Notes: a model not told the origin generated them from the sequence alone. A DNA stretch of 32,000 nucleotides from Candidatus Saccharimonadota bacterium (GCA_041661045.1 JBAZVE010000001.1:960001-992000), one strand, 5' to 3'. Counted from the first letter of the stretch, positions 8,302 through 17,200 are shown. Numbers and translations: made by a program.

Positions 8302-9269
8302 GCTCTGAGTAAAATTCGTTCAATGGCCAGTAAGTACTGGTCCTCCTCACGGGGTTTCAATGGAATGAGCCCCGTTTTGAGGCGATGGTCCAATTCCATG
8401 AACTTTTTCAAGAAATACCGTAGCTGTTCGAAGGTGAAGTTTTTGGTGAAACGCAGACTGCTGCTCACCACAAAGGGGTGAACTCCCATTTTGCGGGCCA
8501 TCATGGGTGCCGGCAGGTTTTGTTCACTCAGCGCTTTCATCTCTAAGATCAAACGGATTTGTCGCACAATCATTGAGAAAATAAAGGCTGGATCTTCTCC
8601 TTGTGCCTTCAGGTCTTCCATGGTTTTGAGTACCCCGGCAAAGTTTTTTTGAGCCAGTTGATCGGTGAGGGTGAAGATGGATTTTTGTACGATCCCCGTC
8701 ACTAGCTCATCCACCATTTCTCGTAGAATGGGTTCCCCCCGTGCGTAGAGGGTGAGTTTTTGAATTTCTTGATCCAAGGCAAAGAGATCATCGCCCACGG
8801 CACTCACCAGGTAACTTGCGGTTTCCGGATTGATGCGGGCTCCGGCCTGCTCCGCGCGGCGCTGTACCCAGGTGCTCAGTTGGACTCCCTTGGGTTTGAG
8901 GAACAGGCGTTTGGTGGCCAAAATATTGAGTCGTTTGAAAATGCTTGTTCGTTCATCGGGTTTGCTCTCTTCCACCATCACCAGCACGGTGCTTTCGGGC
9001 AGTTTTTCCAGTGCGGGGAGCAGGGTATTGGCGGTTTCCGCCTTTTGACTGCCCAGGAAATTTTTAAGCACGACCAGCCGTTTTTCAGATAAAAATGGAC
9101 GAGTTGAGATTGAGCTAATAATTTGTTCAACGCTTGTGTTTGAACCGTCCAATTCCTCCCAATCGCTTTCCCCAAATTTACTGACGAAGGCGTCTTTCCA
9201 TCGGGTGAGTTCTTGCCGCATGGAGAAGTGGTCTTCTCCAGACATCAAATAGAGATTGGGGCTTTCCAT
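8298..9269 (-). CDS. holA: DNA polymerase III subunit delta
   Basis: 323 aa. N-terminus NLYLMSGEDHFSMRQEL...FGESDWEELDG and overall length and helical C-terminus fit HolA. The ATG is 4 nt after the stop of the 1605-aa gene. Its stop shares a CTAG tetranucleotide with the convergent glnA stop. Confidence 0.85.
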   Translation of the reverse strand: MESPNLYLMSGEDHFSMRQELTRWKDAFVSKFGESDWEELDGSNTSVEQIISSISTRPFLSEKRLVVLKNFLGSQKAETANTLLPALEKLPESTVLVMVEESKPDERTSIFKRLNILATKRLFLKPKGVQLSTWVQRRAEQAGARINPETASYLVSAVGDDLFALDQEIQKLTLYARGEPILREMVDELVTGIVQKSIFTLTDQLAQKNFAGVLKTMEDLKAQGEDPAFIFSMIVRQIRLILEMKALSEQNLPAPMMARKMGVHPFVVSSSLRFTKNFTFEQLRYFLKKFMELDHRLKTGLIPLKPREEDQYLLAIERILLRA

Positions 9270-9273
9270 GGCC

Positions 9274-12200
9274 CTAATTTACTCCTTTTTCTGTGTTGAT
9301 GTCCACATACTCGGAGAGTGCGGGAGGAGTGTTCAAAAGGATGCGGCTGTCGTAACGAATCACGATTCCTCCACCATCAATGGTGGGAGGGCCTACATAT
9401 TTTGCCTTTTGAATCAGAGTTTGAACATTTCCGTAGAAAGATCCGTCCACGGTGAGCTGTTCATCCACCGCGCTGCGTTCGTCCCCATCAAACTTTTGAT
9501 CGGTGTAGTAGACTCCAACCAATTTTTGAGCACCGTCTTCGATGTAAATATCTCCACCCAGGACCACAAAGGCAACGGAGGGGAGATTTTTGTAATCGCC
9601 CGGGTTGCTCACGGTAGCATATTGAATGTTTTTGGTGAGGCGCAAATCGGCATTTTTAACAATGATGGTCCACGCTCCGGAGGGAACGGTGAGCCCACCC
9701 AAGGTCATGGCAGGGTCTGCCTCATTGCTGAGACTTCCATCAAAATACAAGATATTGCTGCTGCTGTTGTTGTTGTTGGTCAGGGCTTTTTCCATCTGTT
9801 CCCATGAGTCATAGGTGCTCACGGATGCCATTTGACTGGTGTCGGCATTACGAGTGGCTTGGCTGATCATGTTGCTGGTGGTGGTTTCCACCGTAGAGCT
9901 GGCCCACAGGTCACTGACCTTGGCCACGATTTCACACACAAAGGAACTCAAATTTCCGACAATACTGTTGGAATCGTCATCGTCACAGAAAGAAACGGTG
10001 GCGAGTGAATAAGTGGAAACAGTGCTGGCGCTGTCTTCGTCATCGTCATCCTCCGTGGGTTCGGTATCTTCCAAGATGATCAAGGCGTCCACATTGCGGT
10101 AATCGCTGCTGGTGGCTTCATCCTCTTCCACGAAGATACAAGAGATGTCGGAACCTCCTTCCAGGGAGACTTCCAGGTACACATCGCCGGCGTTTTGGGT
10201 CATGAGGTAAGAACAGAGCACCACCAATTTTGCTTCGGCGGTGAGTTCTTCCGTATCGTCAAAGACTTCTACGGAAGCATTGTTCTCAAACTCTTCAGTC
10301 AAACATTCGTCTGAGCTGTCTCCACAGTTGAGACCGGAAGTGATGACTCCCACATAACGAATACGGATCACCGCTTCATCTCCATAATCTTCTACAACCG
10401 TTCCGGTGTTCTCAATCACAATATCTTCGGTACTGGTTGGGGAGTGATCAGGGTCGTAACAGACTTCTTCTGTTTCCAAGTTTCCTTCTTCATCATAATC
10501 ACATTCTTCAATGCGAACGGATTCTTCCCCGGGCATTTTGATGTAGGGGAGGTAGGCCATGAAGTTGTTCCGGAATTCTTCGGAGTCTACAAATGCCGCA
10601 AGATCATCGGAGTTTTCTTCTTGTTCATCTCCAAATCCCATCATGGTGATCAAGTTGTAGTCATAAGTGGCTCCACTGGTTCCTTCCACAAGTTCACTGT
10701 AGCTGGTGGCCAGGCGGATGTTTCCACCGGAGTCGCTACCATCTCCTTTGTGTCCTTCCAAAGTGCTGCCCCACATTTCATCGGTGAAGGTGATGGCGTC
10801 TTCATCTCCGCTGGGTTCGTAGGCCAAGGTGTAGAAGGCTCGATCTTCATCGTGGGAGAAGAAGACTCCTTCATCGCTGTAGGAATTTTTCTCGGAAGAG
10901 AAGTTGAAGGTATAAATGAATTTTTCAAAGGATCCCACTTCTTTTTCTTCGGGAGCTTCCGTGATGTTGAGGTCTTCACACACGATATTGTCTTCGAGGA
11001 CTTCAATCTCAGCGCCTTCACAAACCTCTTCAAACGAAACTTCTTCACACACTTGGTCTTCGCCTTCGTCGAATTCAAAGACCATTTCTTCACACTCTCT
11101 ATCGCCTTCGGCGGTTTCGTAACACACTTCAATCACGCGTTCATCGTCTCCGTTTTCGTCACGATCCACACAGATTTCGGTTTCGATGTCTTCACAAGTG
11201 AGGTCGACTTCAAAATCGGTATCGGTGAAATCAATGTCTTCACACACATTTTCAGGAGTTGGAGTGGGGGTTGGGCTTAGGCTGTAGTCATCGCTACATT
11301 CACCGGCTTCTCCTCGAATGTAAGCTTCAATGTCGGCATCGTCTCCGGAATAAGAGTAGCTCACGGTGCTGCTGGTTCCCGAAACGGGGATTTCCAAGTG
11401 TCCGTCGCTGTAACCGGAGGAACTGCCATCACTATAATAGAGTTGGCCGTTGCCGTCTTCGGTGATGACGAGTGTTCCCGTCCAATCGCTGTCGCTTCCT
11501 TGTACGGTTACGGTCTCGGTGTCTTCATTAAGATCAAGGTCGACACAGTAGAGTCCCTCGGGAGGAGTTTGGTCGATGCTAAACGCATCGGCACACGCCT
11601 CGGAGTCGCTCACAATGTAAGAGTTCACGGTGTCCCCGGCATCTCCATTGCGGTAGAAAACAATCACAGTATCATCGGTTCCAAAAACAGGAATTTCCAG
11701 GTGGCCGTCTCCATATTCGGAGGGACTTCCATCGGTGTAGAACAAGGCTCCACTTCCGCTGCGGTTCACCACCAGAGTTCCAGCCCATCCTGGGGCACTG
11801 GCTTCCACGGCAATGGTCACGGCAATGATTCCGGCATCCTCATCTTCGGCCGACATGGTATAAGAGTCGGGATCCATTTGAAGATCGATACAGAATGGGG
11901 CTTCATCTGGAGGAGGAGGCAGGGTCACTTCTTGTGAACAAACGGCCTCTTCTCCAATCATGGAAACGGAAAGTACATTTTTGGCTTCAAAGTTTTCCCA
12001 ACAAATGATTCCGGCGTAGCTGGCGGCTCCACTGAGTCCCATGCTTACGGGGTTGCCGTATTCATTTCTCAAGGTGCTGAGTTCCAGCACGCTCAAGTTC
12101 CCGCTGTAGGCGGTTTCGCTCGGATCGGTGAAACCTTCCACAAGGAGGGTTCCGCTGTAGCTTGCGTCCGAAACGGCCAAGGCAAAATTCCAACATACGG

Positions 12201-14091
12201 TGCTTTCTTCGTAGAGCAGAGCCAAATCTTCTTCATCACTCAGATCGATTGGGGTGGTGCTTCCATCGTCATTATTGATGTAAGGACCGGAGAGGGTGAG
12301 GTCTTCACACACAGGGTTTGGTCCTTCACAAGTTTCACTTTCAATAGTATCTGAACAATACGGTTGATTGATGTCCACGATTTCAATGGTGTCTCCGGGT
12401 TCTCCGGTGTAATACACCACTTTGATGGCAGAGATGTAAAATCCGGTTCCCAAAGAGGGACCTCCGGCACTGCGGCTGAATTCTCCGTTGGGATTGCTGC
12501 TGGTGAGGCGCCAAGGTCCGGGAGTTTCTGTCCCGTCGGTCATGGTGCTTTCCCAACGAATCTCAATGCCACCTTCGGTCATTTCCTCACAGGTGAGGGT
12601 ATGATCGGGTACTCTGACTTCCAAAGATTCGCACACGGGTTTTTGGGGAGTGAGGACATAGGTGAAACCTGTTCGGCACACTCCGGCCACATCATTTTCA
12701 GCTTCTACAAGCACGCTACCGGTTTCATCACTCTGGAAGGAGTCGATGGTCCAGTCGGTGGTGGTGTAAGGAGTGGTGTCCCCATCAAATGTGGCATCCG
12801 TGTCGGTAGCGGAATAGGTCAAATCATAAGGCCAAGGATGGCCGTTGGAGGCCACGGCTTCCACTTCAATGGGAAGGTCCACTTCAGTTTCATCCACGGT
12901 AAAGAGCAGAGTTTCCGGGTCCAAAAGCAAGAGATCGCTACAGTAAGGGAATTCCACTTCGGCTTCACAGAGTCCGGTGCCTTCGTAGCTCACGCCCAAA
13001 TAATCACTCACAAAAGCGGTAAAGCGGTCTCCAGGCATGGAGTCGCGGTATTCCACCTCTGTATCGCCCGTTTCTACGGGTCCGGCATTCCCATTTAAAA
13101 TATTGAGCGAGCCGCCGTAACGGATGTCTCCGCTGGCCGCCGCGCCGTCATAATTATAAGCCTGATAAGTGACATCCACCTCATCGGTGATGACGGTTCC
13201 GTCATTGGCATAAACCGTTGCTTCAAAATCCGTATCACTAAACACATTGTCGAGTCCCACACTGCCCGGATTCAAAACAAGTTTGGAACAAGTGAGCTCC
13301 TCTTCGGTGGGGGGACAAGCGGGAAAATTGGTCACCGCCGTTCCATTGAGCCCGTACCAAAAAATATGATCTTCATCGGGATCCACTTCCTCGATATAAG
13401 AGTCAACTTCTTCTGGATAGGTTTGGTGCCAATTGCTTTCGATGCTGTGCTCAGCGTCCGGATCGATGTAGTAAAACTCCGGTTTCGTCCAACTGGTGGT
13501 GGTGACAATTTGGTCGGTGTCGTAATCCAAGAGCTCGAAAGAAATGCCTTCTATAAAATAATCTCCGCTGGGAAGCCAAGGTTTAAGGTCAATATCTTCA
13601 GGGTCCTCTCTGCCATATTCCCAGAGCAGTCCTTTGGGATTTCCTTCAATCCAGTTTAGGACTTGATAAGTTACGGTGATTCCGTTCCATTCGCCGCCAT
13701 AAACCGTATGAATGACTTCGCCCAAATCTGCTTCTTTATCAAAATTACAGGTTCTGTAGGTTCCGCTTCCATCTGTGCACAGGAAATTGGTGTCGGTGTC
13801 TACCGTTTCCAAAAAATCATCCTCAAACACAATGGCAAAACTGTGGATCACCTCCCAGAATTCTTGTGTGTCTGTATCGGTTGAAGTGTGATAGTGGGTA
13901 TGCTCGTGGGTTGCTCCTACGCAGTAACGGTCTCCTTCATCGTAGCCTCCCTCTGCGACAGCTGGAACCTCATAAGCATCTTCATTGCCTTCCGTGGCTC
14001 GGTCGCCTACAGTCATTAAAGCAAAAGCTTGGATGGGCCAAGCGAGGAGAATGCCGAGAGCGAGGGTGAAAAGGGGGGCGAATTTTTTCAT
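9274..14091 (-). CDS. Giant secreted hyperacidic Cys-rich modular protein, unknown family
   Basis: 1605 aa. Sec-type signal peptide MKKFAPLFTLALGILLAWPIQAFA. 36 Cys by my count, and D/E far exceed K/R (aa 951-1050 are 43/100 D+E by hand count). About eight Cys-delimited modules of ~90-140 aa. The C-terminal ~150 aa are non-acidic. No LPXTG, C-terminal TM, RTX or other signature that I recognise. Confidence 0.9.
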   Translation of the reverse strand: MKKFAPLFTLALGILLAWPIQAFALMTVGDRATEGNEDAYEVPAVAEGGYDEGDRYCVGATHEHTHYHTSTDTDTQEFWEVIHSFAIVFEDDFLETVDTDTNFLCTDGSGTYRTCNFDKEADLGEVIHTVYGGEWNGITVTYQVLNWIEGNPKGLLWEYGREDPEDIDLKPWLPSGDYFIEGISFELLDYDTDQIVTTTSWTKPEFYYIDPDAEHSIESNWHQTYPEEVDSYIEEVDPDEDHIFWYGLNGTAVTNFPACPPTEEELTCSKLVLNPGSVGLDNVFSDTDFEATVYANDGTVITDEVDVTYQAYNYDGAAASGDIRYGGSLNILNGNAGPVETGDTEVEYRDSMPGDRFTAFVSDYLGVSYEGTGLCEAEVEFPYCSDLLLLDPETLLFTVDETEVDLPIEVEAVASNGHPWPYDLTYSATDTDATFDGDTTPYTTTDWTIDSFQSDETGSVLVEAENDVAGVCRTGFTYVLTPQKPVCESLEVRVPDHTLTCEEMTEGGIEIRWESTMTDGTETPGPWRLTSSNPNGEFSRSAGGPSLGTGFYISAIKVVYYTGEPGDTIEIVDINQPYCSDTIESETCEGPNPVCEDLTLSGPYINNDDGSTTPIDLSDEEDLALLYEESTVCWNFALAVSDASYSGTLLVEGFTDPSETAYSGNLSVLELSTLRNEYGNPVSMGLSGAASYAGIICWENFEAKNVLSVSMIGEEAVCSQEVTLPPPPDEAPFCIDLQMDPDSYTMSAEDEDAGIIAVTIAVEASAPGWAGTLVVNRSGSGALFYTDGSPSEYGDGHLEIPVFGTDDTVIVFYRNGDAGDTVNSYIVSDSEACADAFSIDQTPPEGLYCVDLDLNEDTETVTVQGSDSDWTGTLVITEDGNGQLYYSDGSSSGYSDGHLEIPVSGTSSTVSYSYSGDDADIEAYIRGEAGECSDDYSLSPTPTPTPENVCEDIDFTDTDFEVDLTCEDIETEICVDRDENGDDERVIEVCYETAEGDRECEEMVFEFDEGEDQVCEEVSFEEVCEGAEIEVLEDNIVCEDLNITEAPEEKEVGSFEKFIYTFNFSSEKNSYSDEGVFFSHDEDRAFYTLAYEPSGDEDAITFTDEMWGSTLEGHKGDGSDSGGNIRLATSYSELVEGTSGATYDYNLITMMGFGDEQEENSDDLAAFVDSEEFRNNFMAYLPYIKMPGEESVRIEECDYDEEGNLETEEVCYDPDHSPTSTEDIVIENTGTVVEDYGDEAVIRIRYVGVITSGLNCGDSSDECLTEEFENNASVEVFDDTEELTAEAKLVVLCSYLMTQNAGDVYLEVSLEGGSDISCIFVEEDEATSSDYRNVDALIILEDTEPTEDDDDEDSASTVSTYSLATVSFCDDDDSNSIVGNLSSFVCEIVAKVSDLWASSTVETTTSNMISQATRNADTSQMASVSTYDSWEQMEKALTNNNNSSSNILYFDGSLSNEADPAMTLGGLTVPSGAWTIIVKNADLRLTKNIQYATVSNPGDYKNLPSVAFVVLGGDIYIEDGAQKLVGVYYTDQKFDGDERSAVDEQLTVDGSFYGNVQTLIQKAKYVGPPTIDGGGIVIRYDSRILLNTPPALSEYVDINTEKGVN
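11245..11892 (-). repeat. Tandem duplication of a ~100-115-aa module inside the 1605-aa protein (aa 734-848 and 849-949)
   Basis: The two copies align as WAGTLVVNRSGSGALFYTDGSPSEYGDGHLEIPVFGTDDTVIVFYRNGDAGDTVNSYIVSDSEACADAFSI versus WTGTLVITEDGNGQLYYSDGSSSGYSDGHLEIPVSGTSSTVSYSYSGDDADIEAYIRGEAGECSDDYSL. Both copies start with C-[IV]-D-L. The copies are diverged at the DNA level. Confidence 0.8.
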
Positions 14092-14103
14092 GGTTGGAAA
14101 GAT

Positions 14104-14256
14104 TTATTGCATTGGAGACTCCTGTCCGCCGGGTTCCATTTGGATTGAGCTTCCTTCTTGGACAGGGTTGTATTTGATATTTTCAACCTGTTCTTGTGTC
14201 CCACACGCAGTGAGCAGGAGAGACAGGCTTGACATTATAATAAAAATTGTTCTCAT
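14104..14256 (-). CDS. 50-aa lipoprotein (unannotated small ORF between the two giant genes)
   Basis: Hand translation of the minus strand gives MRTIFIIMSSLSLLLTACGTQEQVENIKYNPVQEGSSIQMEPGGQESPMQ*, with ATG 14256 and TAA 14106-14104. Hydrophobic signal plus lipobox LTAC. It fills the gap between the giants, 20 nt after the upstream stop and 12 nt before the downstream ATG. It falls below the track's length cutoff. Confidence 0.5.
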   Translation of the reverse strand: MRTIFIIMSSLSLLLTACGTQEQVENIKYNPVQEGSSIQMEPGGQESPMQ

Positions 14257-14276
14257 AGTCAATGGGTGAATGGTTA

Positions 14277-17200
14277 TTATCGTGGGGAGTTTTGTCCTCC
14301 TTGTGGGGTAATGGTGTGGTCCCCTGGATTGTTTTGTGGCAATTCGTCTGGACTACCCCAAAGATTTGGCTTGTCTTGCCCAGGCAACGGAGGAATGAAT
14401 CCTCCGCCTGGCACAATAGGAATGACTCCTGGGCTCACGCGCAAGGTGGTGTAGTCTACGCCTATTTCCGGGCGAACTTCTTGAGTGAGCGCTTGCCGTG
14501 TGGCGGCGACTTTGACTTCTTTGGGCTGGGTGAGTGTGTAATCGATTTCCACATTGCGGGCCACTGTGAGGTTTTCACACTTGCCATAGAGACAAACAAA
14601 GAATTCTTCGGTTAAAGTTACTGGATTTCCACGGACCATGCTTTGACCATCTTTGAGTAGTTTAAGAACATCTTGAGTGAACTCTTGGGCGAGCTCCGGG
14701 TGAGTTGGCACTCCTGTTTCCACCATTTGCTTGATGTCTCTGCCATCTTCTGGTCCATACAGTTTGTCTGCAATTTGAGCCAGACGAAGGCCGGCCATGT
14801 CCTTTCGAATGTCTTTAAACGAGGCATTTGCTGGAAGCTTTTTCCATTCCGATAAGCCTTTTATGCTTTGTGCGGCTGGGTCGTCCTTTTCAGCGTACAT
14901 CGCGCCATTCATTCCCCCGTGGATATTGAAGTCGTAGTAACCTTGTAAAAGTTTTCGAGTTCCGCTGTCGTCGATGGCAATGAGGAATTCGCTGCCTTCG
15001 GGGAGAGAACTTACGGTATTTGCATTTGCTTGAAGAGATTCTATGACTCTTGCTCCATCTTCTTCACCAAATATTGCCTGCGCAGCCTCGGTATTCCATT
15101 TCCATGGGATCTCTTTTGCGTCAGGTCGGCCGATTTGCATGGCGTATTGGTGAGCCAAGAGGATTTGTTGATCTGTGGGTTCCGTGACGCCGATGTTTTT
15201 GTATCGTTCTGTGATCAGTGAATCGATAGTGTCGCGGTTGGCTGCAACGGCCAAATGGTCGTAATCCATTTTGTCTGTTTTTACGAGTTGTTCAGCTACG
15301 GCCTTAGCGTCTTCGTGGTCATCATGGGTGAGACCTTCAAAGAGTTTGACCTCGCGAACGCCTTCTTGCATGCGAACGGTTTCCCATTCTACTTCGCGTG
15401 CGTTTTGTTTGGCGCCTTCGAGGCTGAGGTCGCCCAAGACGAGTCCATTGTCTTTTGCTTCGACATCAGTGCGAGTCAGGATATTCTCTCTTAAAAGTGG
15501 ATTTTCTACTTTGTCGTTCTTCAGAAGTCGAGTGTCGGTGGTGCCGTCTTTGGTTTGAATCCATTCCATATAACTGGGACTTTGAGACATGATCTGCTCG
15601 ATGGTGGTGTTTTCATCGCTCGTGAGTCCCACGAAGAACAGTTTTTTCCCAGTGTAAGGATCGGTGGTTTCAAGAGTGCGGAGGAGCAAGGCATCGCCAC
15701 TGTCCAAGTTGAGGAGAGGCGCTCCGCCGTCTCCATCTTGAATGGCTTCTATGTCGCTCATTGCATCAGGGTAGAAGCGCACCATTCCATCGATATTTTG
15801 GAGGGTCAACTGAGTGAATTTTCCGTTGAAGGTGAGCACGGCTTGACCTTTGAGTTTTTCGTTCATTGCGGCCAAGGCCTTGCTCGCGTTTGCAATAGCT
15901 TCGGCTTCGGCATTGGCTTTGTCACCATCATTTTCGTAAAGGAATTCATCTTTGAGCTCAATGGGTTCCCAATCGGGTTGAACTTCTTTGTAGTCTACTG
16001 GCAAGGCGACGGGTAGGCCGCTCTTCATGGAATCGCTGACCATGTCCGGAGTTTCCAATAGGGCGGGAATGTACCGTGTTACGGGACGGAAGCCCACGCC
16101 AAAGGTGATGTAGGCACCCAGGGCGAAGCCACCCTCTTTGAGACCGACTGCGGCGGTGGGCCCGGCGCTGATGTATTTGATTTGTTTGCTCCATTTGCTG
16201 AAGTCTTTGGTTTCTCCGTAGGCGATTCGGTAATTTACATAGGATTCCCATTCGGCCTTGAGGGCCTTTTTCATGGGGTCTTCAACATGCTCAAGATCAT
16301 CTATTTGTGCATAAATTTCGGTTCGAATAGTCTCCAATTCTTCTTTATGTGTTTCTTTAAACTCGCGGATTCTTTTTTGTAAAACTTTATCGAGATTGCG
16401 ATCGAGGCTTAGCGGATGAAATCCTGCAACATCCCCGCTTTTACTGAGGCCCAGATTTGCTCCCGTGCCAAGCGATAGCGTTCCGGATTCATTGAGGTCG
16501 CGACTGATGCCAAGCCCAAAGGTTGGCCCAATCAATCCTTGAGGATCGCTGAGTCCGGCGCTGAGGCGGGCATAAGCTTCCAAGTGAGTGCGGCCTTTTT
16601 TACCCAAGTCTATTTGGTAGATCAGACCTCCGTGCATTCGGAGCACAGGCAGGACAGTTCCTGCAGAAACGGTCCATTGCAAACTGAGTCGCCCTGGGAA
16701 ATCCTTATTAAGGAGAGGGATGAGTGCGCCGGCTTCCAGTGCGGCCATGGCGTGTACTTCTTCGCCGGGTTGAATGGCGGCCAATCCGCTGAGCACTCCT
16801 TGAATGTGTCCGCCTAAGTCTTCTTTAAGGGCCTTTTCTTGTTCGTCGGTGAGGGTTCCTGCGGGAATTTGTGCGGTAAGCTCATCCACCATTCCGTTTG
16901 TTGCGGTGTTTACATCTGCAGTGATTTCTTCCGCTTCAATATTTTGCAGCACTCGCATTTCGGCGGCGGCAAAGGCCATGGCTCCGTAACGGATGGCGGC
17001 AATTTGATCTTTGCTGAGGGTGAATGTGGGATCGTTGAGATTCTCTAGTGTGATGGGGGCTACACTCACCGCTTTTCCATATCCCAAATGGTTTTTTTCG
17101 CCGTTGATCTTGTTTTGACCATGAATTAAATAAGTGTTGAGGGTTTCCAGGTAACTGGCCCCATTTTCGTGGTTCATCAATTTATCAAAGGCACGGGCGT

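Noticed and set aside
9758-9778. Trinucleotide run (GCT)3(GTT)4 encoding NNNNSSS in the 1605-aa gene, as a phase-variation tract
   Set aside because: The repeat is in-frame triplets, so slippage would change length rather than switch the gene on or off. The tract is also short.
10444-13098. Plus-strand ORFs of 278 aa (10444-11280), 179 aa (11398-11937) and 244 aa (12364-13098), antisense to the 1605-aa gene
   Set aside because: The acidic GAx/GAy codons of the sense strand read as stop-poor Phe/Val/Ile/Gly-rich antisense frames. They have no starts in a sensible context. The sense frame has a signal peptide and modular repeats.
14183-14416. 77-aa minus-strand ORF spanning the end of the 1438-aa gene and part of the inter-giant gap
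   Set aside because: It overlaps the 1438-aa CDS out of frame and has no signal or motif. The 50-aa lipobox ORF explains the gap better.
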